From a virus (Duplodnaviria > Caudoviricetes), in IMG/VR virus record IMGVR_UViG_3300047279_000098, positions 1-38,901 of that record: a stretch of 38,901 nucleotides of DNA. One strand, given 5' to 3'. The translations under genes and the position numbers were made by a program. Shown here piece after piece: positions 27,017 to 35,372 of the stretch. Within the stretch, counting starts at the first letter, position 1. Each line of letters starts with the position of its first letter. The notes under the pieces are model-generated. The model saw only the letters and a program-made list of their open reading frames with translations, was not told the DNA's origin and searched no databases.

Positions 27017-27296
27017 CGGGCAGGGCCTCCAGGGCGCGTCGGATGGTGTTTTCGTGGGCGCCGTCAAGACGGTCGCCATGGCGCACCAGCACGGCAATCG
27101 CCTGATCCTTCAAGCTCGGCGGCTTGGGGAGCGGGACCATTTTCGTGGCGTCAGGAATATGGTTGGCCTGGGCCTCCAGTGCTTCCACGCGGGCGCGGAG
27201 TTCGAGGATGCAACTTGAAATCTCGTCGGGTGCTTCTTGGCTGGCCCATTTCTCTTGCCACTCCCAGCAGTCAGGTGTTGCCTTGTGCGGTGCCAT
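27009..27296 (-). CDS. Hypothetical protein
   Basis: SCILELRARVEALEA..PPSLKDQA..TIRRALEALPD. Confidence 0.6.
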   Translation of the reverse strand: MAPHKATPDCWEWQEKWASQEAPDEISSCILELRARVEALEAQANHIPDATKMVPLPKPPSLKDQAIAVLVRHGDRLDGAHENTIRRALEALPDD

Positions 27297-27303
27297 TTTT
27301 CGG

Positions 27304-27621
27304 TCAGTGGTTGATTTGAACTTGTGCTACCCCATCAAGCGGCACACCAAGGCGGTACGCAGCACCTGCTGACAGGTCGATGGAGTTGCAATCGCAACGG
27401 TCACGGATCGGCACCACCAGCGACCGACCTCGGTGGGTGACGGTGACCCGGGTGCCGCACGGCAGCCATGGATGCGCGGCGCTGATGCCCCAGTGCTGGT
27501 ACGCACGGCCCGTGCAATAGTCAGGCCGGCCCGAATACCAAGGGTCGTAGACGGTGGCCGTCACGGTGCGGGCCTGAGCCGGTGCGGCGAACATCGCCAG
27601 CAGTAGCAGGAGCCTCCTCAT
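27304..27621 (-). CDS. RlpA-like double-psi beta-barrel protein with signal peptide
   Basis: MRRLLLLLAMFAAPAQA signal; ATVY, SAAHPWLPCGTRVTV, IRDR, IDLSAGAA..LG. Confidence 0.8.
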   Translation of the reverse strand: MRRLLLLLAMFAAPAQARTVTATVYDPWYSGRPDYCTGRAYQHWGISAAHPWLPCGTRVTVTHRGRSLVVPIRDRCDCNSIDLSAGAAYRLGVPLDGVAQVQINH

Positions 27622-27905
27622 GCCCACTTCCCCAGCAGGTGGCGGCGGCAGGTGGCGATCGCCTGGTGCGCCTGCATCGGGGTCATGATTGACCCGGTGT
27701 CATCCATTGCTTGGCACACGTCAGCATGTAGCTGGTCGTAGTCGGCATCACGGAAGTTGGGACCGATGTCAGAGCAAAACTCCTGCCACAGACCGGTGTA
27801 AGTCGAACGCAGCGGATGACCCTTGGGCAGATCAGCGCGACCGCTGCGGGCATAAAGCGCATCCATCATGATGGAGCGTTGAAGGTCAAGTTGATGTCGT
27901 TTCAT
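27618..27905 (-). CDS. Hypothetical protein
   Basis: MKRHQLD..MDALYARSGR..HPLRSTYTGLWQ. Confidence 0.6.
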   Translation of the reverse strand: MKRHQLDLQRSIMMDALYARSGRADLPKGHPLRSTYTGLWQEFCSDIGPNFRDADYDQLHADVCQAMDDTGSIMTPMQAHQAIATCRRHLLGKWA

Positions 27906-28083
27906 TTTCCTTGAGGTAGAACAACAGATTGCGGCATTCCTGCCATGCCACTGAATTGTGGTGTAGCTCATCCATTCGAACTTTAAGCAACGCTTTGATG
28001 TGCCGCCGTTCGTCTTGACAACCCTGTTCATAAAGGCTGCTGGTACTGATCAAATCAGCAATGCGTTGACGCAATGGATTCAT
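27886..28083 (-). CDS. Hypothetical protein
   Basis: 65 aa helical, YEQGCQDERRHI; overlaps neighbours. Confidence 0.6.
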   Translation of the reverse strand: MNPLRQRIADLISTSSLYEQGCQDERRHIKALLKVRMDELHHNSVAWQECRNLLFYLKENETTST

Positions 28084-28370
28084 CGCGCTTCAATTGTCTT
28101 GGAGGACAAATAAAGCTGGGAAAGCATAAAGCAATCACCTGCAGCATTTTGGCAGATGTAATGCGGCCAAGTTTGACCTTCGGCTCTGTTCTTGATGTAT
28201 AGGACATCTTTCGATGGCCAATGACAAACATAAACTTTTTGGCCAAGATTGAACTTCCACAATGCAGCAGTGCGTGGCATGCCACGATTGCTTGGTGTCA
28301 AATTGTATGTACTCCAACTGGTTGAAACAATTGGAACAACATAATTGCTTGGCAGGACAGTTGCTTGCAT
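28080..28370 (-). CDS. Hypothetical protein, possible SH3-like fold
   Basis: WKFNLGQKVYV..WPHYIC..SQLYLS; first gene after the 28456-28488 terminator; start uncertain. Confidence 0.55.
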   Translation of the reverse strand: MQATVLPSNYVVPIVSTSWSTYNLTPSNRGMPRTAALWKFNLGQKVYVCHWPSKDVLYIKNRAEGQTWPHYICQNAAGDCFMLSQLYLSSKTIEAR

Positions 28371-28455
28371 GTGCTTTGGGTAGTGCTCGGTTTGGGCATG
28401 AACCTAAGGTAGGGCACCGCAGGTGGCGCCCGGTAGGTTTGTTGTAAAACTTTAC

Positions 28456-28488
28456 AAAAGAAAACCCGTGTCAGTCGCCTGCACGGGT
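28456..28488 (-). terminator. Intrinsic terminator after SSB-like gene
   Basis: Minus strand ACCCGTGCAG-GCGA-CTGACACGGGT followed by TTTCTTTT. Confidence 0.75.
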
Positions 28489-28502
28489 CGTCCTGTCAAC
28501 GA

Positions 28503-28859
28503 TCAGAACAGTTCAGTTCCACCCGTTGCCGCTGCAAGGCTGCTAGCCGCCTGGCCCAGCACCTCCGCCTCCTGCAGCGCCTTCAGCGTCTTGAAGTCAG
28601 GCTCGAACGCAAGGCTCAAGTAAGTCTGACCAGCGTTCGACTGCTTGGGCCACCCGCTAATCTTCACCGGGATTTCACCACGATCATTCGGCGCCGCATT
28701 CATCACATAATTGGCAAATGCCATCCGGTCCTCTTCCTTGATGCTAAACACACCGTCATAACCGGGATAATTACGATTTGGGTCGTAGCGATCCTTGAAA
28801 CGTTCCTGCAGTTTCTCAGGGGTATTCTTGAACAATGCGCCGTTAGCTTTGAAAGTCAT
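28503..28859 (-). CDS. Putative single-stranded DNA-binding protein
   Basis: GALFKN..PGYDG..ISGW.K.S.AGQTYLSL; acidic-aromatic tail ELF; next to recombinase. Confidence 0.6.
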   Translation of the reverse strand: MTFKANGALFKNTPEKLQERFKDRYDPNRNYPGYDGVFSIKEEDRMAFANYVMNAAPNDRGEIPVKISGWPKQSNAGQTYLSLAFEPDFKTLKALQEAEVLGQAASSLAAATGGTELF

Positions 28860-29047
28860 GGTTGTTGATGGTTGATGGTGTTGGCCTTTTCATATTGCTC
28901 CACCTCGGCCAAGGGGTAGCGCACGCAACCGTTGATCTTTGAATAAGACGGACCTTTGTTAAGGGAACGCCATCGGATCAACGTCTGGCGGTGGACATGC
29001 CACCGCTCAGCAAGTTGCACATCAGTCAAAAATTCAGAACAGCTCAT
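28856..29047 (-). CDS. Excisionase/AlpA-like HTH protein
   Basis: FLTDVQLAERWHVHRQTLIRWR..GPSY.KI..VRY. Confidence 0.8.
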   Translation of the reverse strand: MSCSEFLTDVQLAERWHVHRQTLIRWRSLNKGPSYSKINGCVRYPLAEVEQYEKANTINHQQP

Positions 29048-29687
29048 CGACAACCTCGGTCTTGACCGGTTCAGCGGCGGGCGGCTGGATTTTCGCATTC
29101 AGCTCATCAAGGTTGGTGGAAACATTGACAAGCTCAACATCAACCACCTCCTCCTGCGACTGGATGCCAAGCAGCAGATCACTAGCATACAATCTGCCCC
29201 AAAAAGCAGCAGCCCGATAACGGATCATGAGTTCAGGCATTGTCTGCCACTTGGATCCATTTTTGGAAAACCACCCTTCTTTCTTGGCCATTGAGATCGT
29301 GATGGTCGGTCCCTTCAGCTCTTGCTCGGATTTGACATCAGTAGCAACAGCATAGCAAGCAAGACTGTCGCCTTCACCGCTCATTTCAAACCGCAACGGG
29401 CTGAAACGACCAGAGCCATTCACCATCGCAATGATAAAGCTACTGCTCCAGCTTGGCCGTCCATGGATCACATGCAGATGTTGCATCGCCAAAAACGGAC
29501 TGATGTTCATCCGATTTGCAATCTCAAGCGCCACAAGGCAATTGGCAAAGCCCTGCTGCCCTTGGAACTGAGTCGGAATCAACGTGCTACTGGCCAATGC
29601 CTTAGCAATCCGTTGCGCATCCTCAAAAGCTTGGATGCCAGAAAACACTGAGTTGTTGCTGGTCGTGGTCAAAGAGGAGTTGGTCAT
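29034..29687 (-). CDS. RecT-like ssDNA annealing protein
   Basis: IPTQFQG..NCLVAL..MQHLHVIHGRP..ISMAKKEGW..WQTMPELMIRYRA..LLGI..EE; near RecE-like gene. Confidence 0.75.
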   Translation of the reverse strand: MTNSSLTTTSNNSVFSGIQAFEDAQRIAKALASSTLIPTQFQGQQGFANCLVALEIANRMNISPFLAMQHLHVIHGRPSWSSSFIIAMVNGSGRFSPLRFEMSGEGDSLACYAVATDVKSEQELKGPTITISMAKKEGWFSKNGSKWQTMPELMIRYRAAAFWGRLYASDLLLGIQSQEEVVDVELVNVSTNLDELNAKIQPPAAEPVKTEVVDELF

Positions 29688-30201
29688 TGTTCAAACGATA
29701 AAGGGGTGAAAATTCGCCAAAAAGTTCAAGTTCTTTGGCTTGGCGGGCGGCTACTGCTTGATCAAAAGTTTTGTAAGAGCCTAAAAATAACTTTTTGTTG
29801 TTAAAGTAGATACATGCATGATATCTTTGTTTTTGTTTATGCCAAAATACGCCTTTCTGTCCACTAGTGTTATTGATAGGCTCAGTTTTATTACCCCCTT
29901 GCTGACTTTTATCCGCAAGTCTTAAATTGCAAAATTTATTATTTGATTTGTTTCTGTCAATATGGTCAACTTCCAGCGCCCCTGGATCGTGTCCAGTTTG
30001 CAAAAACCAAAATAAACGATGTGCTTTGTAAGTCCGAGTTTTGTATTGAATTATAATGTATCCGTGGGAATACGATCCAGCGGGAGCCCCGGCTTTTGCG
30101 TTGCCCAAAGATACAATCCAAATTCCAACTCCAGTAAAAAGATCATATTTTAAATGCCGAGACAACTCGTCATACGGCGGCATTGGTATGTGATTTGCCA
30201 T
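29623..30201 (-). CDS. HNH homing endonuclease with C-terminal AP2 domain
   Basis: YKAHRL..EVDHIDRNKSNNKFCNLRLA; NNTSGQKGV..LFLGSY..AVAAR..LFGEF; visibly AT-rich. Confidence 0.9.
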   Translation of the reverse strand: MANHIPMPPYDELSRHLKYDLFTGVGIWIVSLGNAKAGAPAGSYSHGYIIIQYKTRTYKAHRLFWFLQTGHDPGALEVDHIDRNKSNNKFCNLRLADKSQQGGNKTEPINNTSGQKGVFWHKQKQRYHACIYFNNKKLFLGSYKTFDQAVAARQAKELELFGEFSPLYRLNNDQLLFDHDQQQLSVFWHPSF

Positions 30202-31049
30202 CAGTACATCTCAATTTCAGGTGGTTGGCCCATGGTCGTGCCATCAGCCTTTGGACGCATCCATGCCGGCAGGTTGATCAGCTCCACTTGGTCGCTGTAA
30301 CCAGGCCATGTAGCGGCTGCCATGCATTCAGCAAGACGGTTCAGGTTTGCTCGAGCAGTGTCCCACCCGATCTGCACCATTTCTGGTGCTGCAACGTAAA
30401 CGGCGCATGCGAACGGTGGGCGCTTTTCGACGCACACAAATACAAATTGCTCAGGCCGTTTGCCTGTTGCCTGCTCCACACCATGCAAATACCATGCAGC
30501 TTGGACGTGGTAACGCCATTTTGCAATCGATTGCATAAAATCAGCAGGGCTGGCACTTTCCGTTGTCTTCAAGTCAACAATGGTGCTGCCATCATCCAAC
30601 AAATAATCAGGCCGGCATTTGCACTCAAGGCCAGTCTCGGCATCCGTCCAGAACAAACTGGATTCCGCCTTCCCCGGCAAGCTAAGCAAACCATTGGCAG
30701 CAGGATGGTTAAACACGCCTTCGCTGATCTTGCCAACCAGATCGGCGTCCTCACGGCTGATCACGGTTCGTGTGCCCGCAGCCGTCGTGAACACATCCCA
30801 TTCAGCCTTGCCAGCGTTGGTGCGCTTGTTGATGCCAGCAGGTGTCACCGCATAGGTGGCATCCCACTTGTCAATCTCCAACACACTGGTATGCACGGCT
30901 GATCCGATCACCATGGCGGCTGTAGGTGCTTCCGCTGGACAGCGGTCGGGATCCAGATGCTTGGCCCAGTAATGCAGCGGGCTGCGTGCGATCGAATCCA
31001 AGCGGCTTTTGGAAACCGCATAGTGGCGGTGGTAGGTCTCGTTGTCCAT
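30201..31049 (-). CDS. Exonuclease VIII / RecE-like PD-(D/E)XK nuclease (DUF3799-like)
   Basis: NETYH..VSKSRL..GSAVHT..CKCRPD..IVDLKTT..YHVQAAWY..FVFVCVEK. Confidence 0.9.
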   Translation of the reverse strand: MDNETYHRHYAVSKSRLDSIARSPLHYWAKHLDPDRCPAEAPTAAMVIGSAVHTSVLEIDKWDATYAVTPAGINKRTNAGKAEWDVFTTAAGTRTVISREDADLVGKISEGVFNHPAANGLLSLPGKAESSLFWTDAETGLECKCRPDYLLDDGSTIVDLKTTESASPADFMQSIAKWRYHVQAAWYLHGVEQATGKRPEQFVFVCVEKRPPFACAVYVAAPEMVQIGWDTARANLNRLAECMAAATWPGYSDQVELINLPAWMRPKADGTTMGQPPEIEMY

Positions 31050-31103
31050 GGCATTGCGTTGGGCTCGCGCATCCTATACCATTGGCGCTCCTACTGCAAC
31101 CGA
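31050..31103. promoter_or_regulatory. Putative bidirectional promoter between recombination and replication arms
   Basis: 54-bp gap; TAGGAT (-, 31076-31071) abuts TACCAT (+, 31077-31082), each 21 nt from its ATG. Confidence 0.55.
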
Positions 31104-32456
31104 ATGCAACTGCGGCCTTATCAGGAGGCAGCCGTCGCTGAACTCCGCCGTGCCTACGCCACAGGCCATCGCGCTCCACTCCTTGTCATGCCAACCGGGG
31201 CAGGGAAGACACAGGTTTTCACCTTCATCACAGCCGCTATGGCACAGCGTGGCCGCCGCGTCACCATCCTTGTCCACCGCCGGGAGCTGATCGTCCAAGC
31301 ATCACGCAAACTCACCCAGGCCGGCGTCACCCACGGCATCATCGCTGCAGGCACACCTGCGACATTTGCACCAATTCAGGTCGCATCGGTGCAAACGCTC
31401 ATCCGACGCCTTGAGGACACCCCAGCACCAGACCTGATCATCATCGATGAGGCACACCACGCCGCTGCCGGATCCTGGAACCGCATCCTCGAGCACTGGC
31501 CCTCCGCCCTCCGCCTTGGTGTCACCGCAACACCAGCACGCCTTGATGGCCGTGGCCTTCGCGATAACTTCGACCTCATCGTCCATGGTCCTACCGTCTC
31601 AGACCTCACCGCAGCCGGCTACCTAGCGCCATCCAAGCTCTATGCACCGCCGCAGGTAGCGGACCTATCCGCCATCCCAATGCGCGCTGGTGATTTCGCC
31701 TCTGATGCCACCGCCGCAGCAATGGACAAGCCATCCATCACCGGTGATGCCATCGACCACTACCGCCGCATCTGCCCTGGTGCTCCAGCTATTGCCTTTT
31801 GCTGCACCACTGATCACGCCGAAAATGTTGCCGCCCAATTCCGCTACGCCGGCTTCTCCTCTCAGGCCATCCTTGGCACCACTCCTATCGCGCAACGTGA
31901 TCAGCAACTCAAAGACCTAGCCTCCGGTGCCATCCAGGTGCTCACCTCCGTTGATGTGATATCAGAAGGCACCGACGTCCCAGCCGTCACAGCCGCCATC
32001 CTCCTGCGACCAACAGCCAGCCTTGGCCTCTACCTGCAACAGGTTGGTCGCATCCTGCGGCCAGCACCAGGCAAGAGCCATGCGATCGTCCTTGATCACG
32101 TCGGCAACATCCACCGCCATGGTTGGCCGGACGATGTCCGTACATGGTCCCTTGACAGCAAGCCACGCCGCCAGCGCGACAACGCCCCCGCGCCAACAGT
32201 CCGCACCTGCCCTGTCTGCTTTGCTGCTTTCAAGCCCCAGCCAGCATGCCCGTGCTGTGGCGCGCCATCGGAACTCACCCAACGCGAGATCCAGCAACGA
32301 GATGGCGAACTGCAAGAACTTGAGCGCCGCGCCCAACGACGCCAACAAGGCACAGCCCGTAGCCTGAAAGAATTGATCCACATCGGTCAGCAACGTGGCA
32401 TGAAAAATCCGATCGGCTGGGCCAAACACGTCTTCTACGCTCGTGGGTTGAAGTAA
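31104..32456 (+). CDS. SF2 DEAD/DEAH-box helicase with C-terminal Zn ribbon
   Basis: Start ATG 31104; LRPYQ, PTGAGKT, DEAHH, TATP, SEGTDVP, QQVGRILR, CPVC..CPCC. Confidence 0.93.
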   Translation: MQLRPYQEAAVAELRRAYATGHRAPLLVMPTGAGKTQVFTFITAAMAQRGRRVTILVHRRELIVQASRKLTQAGVTHGIIAAGTPATFAPIQVASVQTLIRRLEDTPAPDLIIIDEAHHAAAGSWNRILEHWPSALRLGVTATPARLDGRGLRDNFDLIVHGPTVSDLTAAGYLAPSKLYAPPQVADLSAIPMRAGDFASDATAAAMDKPSITGDAIDHYRRICPGAPAIAFCCTTDHAENVAAQFRYAGFSSQAILGTTPIAQRDQQLKDLASGAIQVLTSVDVISEGTDVPAVTAAILLRPTASLGLYLQQVGRILRPAPGKSHAIVLDHVGNIHRHGWPDDVRTWSLDSKPRRQRDNAPAPTVRTCPVCFAAFKPQPACPCCGAPSELTQREIQQRDGELQELERRAQRRQQGTARSLKELIHIGQQRGMKNPIGWAKHVFYARGLK

Positions 32457-32815
32457 TGGCCAACGCCGAGACCACCCTCCAGCAAGAAATCCGCCTTGCC
32501 CTTGGCACCATCCCTAGCGCCCGAATCTTTCGCAACCAAGTCGGCTCCCTGCCAGACCCCCGCACAGGCAGACTGGTCACCTTCGGTCTTGCCAAGGGCT
32601 CCGCTGATCTCATCGGCTGGCGCACCGTGGTGGTCACACCCGAAATGGTTGGCACACGCCTAGCCGTCTTTACCAGCATCGAGGTCAAAACCCCCACCGG
32701 GCGCGTCCGACCCGAGCAGCAGGCTTGGCAAGCAGCCGTCCTCGCAGCAGGCGGCATTTCCGGCATTGCGCGCTCCGTTTCTGATGCATTACGAATTGCA
32801 ACAGACACTCCCTGA
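32456..32815 (+). CDS. VRR-NUC nuclease (putative Holliday junction resolvase)
   Basis: ETTLQQEI, FRNQVG, GSADLIG, IEVKTPTGRVRPEQ. Confidence 0.88.
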   Translation: MANAETTLQQEIRLALGTIPSARIFRNQVGSLPDPRTGRLVTFGLAKGSADLIGWRTVVVTPEMVGTRLAVFTSIEVKTPTGRVRPEQQAWQAAVLAAGGISGIARSVSDALRIATDTP

Positions 32816-32865
32816 TCGCCCGCCAGCCCAGCCACCATCAACCTGCACACCCCCCAAAACGCACC

Positions 32866-33063
32866 ATGGCAACCGACGAGCAGCTCAAAGACTTCTACTG
32901 CCTTCACCTAGGCCACGCCCAACGACCCAACATCGAAACAGCACGTCACTTCGCCCAATACATCGAACTCTTCACCAATCACTGCATCCACTACCGCGCC
33001 TGGACACGCGAACACGCCAATGCTGTCATCGCTGAAGCTCGCGCCCTACTGGCTGCCAACTGA
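32866..33063 (+). CDS. Hypothetical protein
   Basis: 65 aa; TGATG coupling to primase. Confidence 0.55.
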   Translation: MATDEQLKDFYCLHLGHAQRPNIETARHFAQYIELFTNHCIHYRAWTREHANAVIAEARALLAAN

Positions 33064-35066
33064 TGCATCCCCTTATCCAGCAGCTCGACGAGCTGCCCGA
33101 CCACTGGGGGCTGGTTGCTGTTGGTAATGACAAGCGTCCCTACCAACCCGAATGGCAGCGCAATCCCCTCACCAAACCCCAAGTCGCATCCGAAATCACA
33201 GCCGGGCGTGCCGTAGCGATTGGCGTCATCGCTGGTCCGCTATCAGGTGGCCTCCTCTTCGTTGATCACGATGGCCTCGGCGCATCCGAAGTCCTCGAGC
33301 GCATCGGCATCCGTCTCACCGATCTCCCCAAATCTTGGGCAGTCACATCAGGTCGCGATGGTCGCCTCCAGATCATCTATCAAGTACCCCGTCCCTTCTG
33401 GGACCAGATCAAGACCACCAAACTCAAGTCATCCATCCCGAACGAGCAGCTCGAGCTCCGTTGGGCCGGCTGTCAATCCGTCGTAGCAGGCGCCCATCCC
33501 ATCACCGGTTCCTACCGCTGGTTGCGCGAGCGTGCTCCAGCAGATCTCGACATCGCCCCTGCGCCATCACTGCTGCTCCAGCAGATGCAGCGCAAGCCAG
33601 ATCCAGCACCACTGCTGCGCCTGCCGGATCCATCATCCGACATCCAGCGTGCTCGCGATTACCTATCACGCATTTCAACCGCCCTCGCCGAGGACTACGA
33701 CGACTGGCTGCGCATTGGCATGGCCCTGCAAAGCGTTGATCCGCATGCCCTCCTAGACGACTGGATTTCATGGTCAGCAGTATCCGGCAAATTCGAACCC
33801 GGCATCTGCGAAGCAAAATGGGACACTTTTAACGGTTCCGGTGGCGTTGGCCTTGGCACCCTCTTCCATCTATCAGGTGGGAAGTCAAATCAGCCAATAC
33901 CTGCACCGCAGCAAGCCAAGCCAACTCCATCCGGCGGCGGTGGCAAACTCATTAAATTTGAAGCCGACGAACTCCTATCCCAATTTCGCAAAGACCTTGG
34001 CGATCGCCTTCGCTACAACATCTTTCTGCAAGTCATTGAACTTGACCGCAAACCACTTGAAGATATTGAACTCTATTACTTAAAGCTAGCGCAGGATGGC
34101 GTTAAAGTAAGCAAGGAACTTGCATGCGATGCATTATTTAAAGTAGCACGCGAAAATGCTTATGACCCTGTACGCGAAGATCTCGAGAGCATGGCGGCCA
34201 CCGTGCCGCCAATATCAATCGACAACCTAGCAAGTGCATATCTAAGGCCCGGCGACCCAGGCGGCACACTCTATGACGCCATGATTAAGGTCTGTCTCAT
34301 CGGTGCCGTAAAACGCATCTTTGAACCCGGCGCCAAGCACGACACTGCCTGCGTCCTTATGGGTCCGCAAGGCTGCGGTAAATCTACCTTTTGGCGCAAC
34401 CTCGGCGGCAGATATTTTTCTGATGCCCTGCGCGACATCAGTTCCAAAGACGACCTCATGGTCCTCCACCGCAGTTGGATCATGGAGTGGGCCGAGCTCG
34501 ATCATCTCACCGGCAAGCGCCATGCCGGCCAAGTCAAAGGCTTCCTCTCACAACAAACCGATACATTCCGCGTTCCCTACGGCCGCACCACCGATGCCTT
34601 CCCACGGCGCGGCATCATCGTCGGCTCCACCAACAACGACACCTTCCTTGCCGATGACACCGGCAACCGCCGCTTCCACGTCATTCCTGTCGCCACCAAC
34701 GGGGCAATGATCGAGGTGGATGGCCTCATGCTCGAGCGGGATGCCATCTGGTCGGCCGCTGTGGCCGCCTACAAGGCCGGTGAACCCAACCACTTGGCCC
34801 GTGAGCACGCTCAGGCCGTCGATCGCGAGAACGAGAGCTACCTGGTAGCCAATCCATGGCTGAGCGCCGTGGAGGCGTATCTGATGCGTCGTGTGTCCGT
34901 TGAACCCCTCACGTCGGAGGAGGTGCTGATCAACGCCATCCAGAAACCAATCGACCGCCAGACCCGTGGAGACCAGATGCAGGTCGGTTCCATTCTCAAG
35001 AGTCTCGGATGGGTCAAATTTCGAGAACCAAAAGGCCGTCGGCGGTGGCTTTATCGACCCGTCTGA
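33063..35066 (+). CDS. Primase-polymerase + PriCT-2 + VapE-like helicase
   Basis: NDKRP, LFVDHDG, QSVVAGAHP (Prim-Pol); YDDWLRIGMAL..WS..KF..KW (PriCT-2); GPQGCGKST, EWAEL, FRVPYG, DDTGNRRF (VapE). Confidence 0.92.
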   Translation: MHPLIQQLDELPDHWGLVAVGNDKRPYQPEWQRNPLTKPQVASEITAGRAVAIGVIAGPLSGGLLFVDHDGLGASEVLERIGIRLTDLPKSWAVTSGRDGRLQIIYQVPRPFWDQIKTTKLKSSIPNEQLELRWAGCQSVVAGAHPITGSYRWLRERAPADLDIAPAPSLLLQQMQRKPDPAPLLRLPDPSSDIQRARDYLSRISTALAEDYDDWLRIGMALQSVDPHALLDDWISWSAVSGKFEPGICEAKWDTFNGSGGVGLGTLFHLSGGKSNQPIPAPQQAKPTPSGGGGKLIKFEADELLSQFRKDLGDRLRYNIFLQVIELDRKPLEDIELYYLKLAQDGVKVSKELACDALFKVARENAYDPVREDLESMAATVPPISIDNLASAYLRPGDPGGTLYDAMIKVCLIGAVKRIFEPGAKHDTACVLMGPQGCGKSTFWRNLGGRYFSDALRDISSKDDLMVLHRSWIMEWAELDHLTGKRHAGQVKGFLSQQTDTFRVPYGRTTDAFPRRGIIVGSTNNDTFLADDTGNRRFHVIPVATNGAMIEVDGLMLERDAIWSAAVAAYKAGEPNHLAREHAQAVDRENESYLVANPWLSAVEAYLMRRVSVEPLTSEEVLINAIQKPIDRQTRGDQMQVGSILKSLGWVKFREPKGRRRWLYRPV

Positions 35067-35278
35067 CCTGGTTGGACGGCGAGATCCATTGGTATGACTG
35101 GTAAAACACGTCCGTCCAACCTTTTTCCGTCCAACTGTTTTCCATATAGCTCCCTTTTCCTCCCTACTACCCCTTTTCTATTACCCTTTATTTAGAAGGT
35201 TAGACAGTAGGACGGTTAGACGAAACCAGTGCTGGACAGGGATATTTCCGTCCAACCTGTTTTTTGAAGGTAGGACGG
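35059..35278. repeat. Iteron-like repeat cluster, putative replication origin
   Basis: About nine CCGTCCAACC-like / GGT(T/A)(G/A)GAC(G/A)G-like copies in both orientations around a pyrimidine/AT-rich core, directly after the primase-helicase. Confidence 0.65.
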
Positions 35279-35322
35279 CTGCTTTTTGGGCCTGACGGCT
35301 GCTATGGTGCAAAAGCGATTGG

Positions 35323-35372
35323 GACCCCCTGGGCGCTGCCGGTTCCGGTGCAGCCTTAGGGGTCTTTTTTTT
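35323..35372 (+). terminator. Long hairpin with T8, putative intrinsic terminator
   Basis: GACCCC...GGGGTC stem with further internal pairing, followed by TTTTTTTT. Confidence 0.6.

Noticed and set aside
28442-28457. NtcA box
   Set aside because: Spacing is GTA-N6-TAC, not GTA-N8-TAC; the LexA-type palindrome at 36279 also gives N9 rather than N8
28856-29047. Integration/excision module
   Set aside because: Xis-like HTH is present, but no tyrosine or serine recombinase and no att-like tRNA fragment is recognisable
29623-30201. Group I intron or intein carrying the HNH
   Set aside because: Flanking genes look intact and directly overlap the HNH ORF, leaving no room for ribozyme structure; no intein Cys/His-Asn ends
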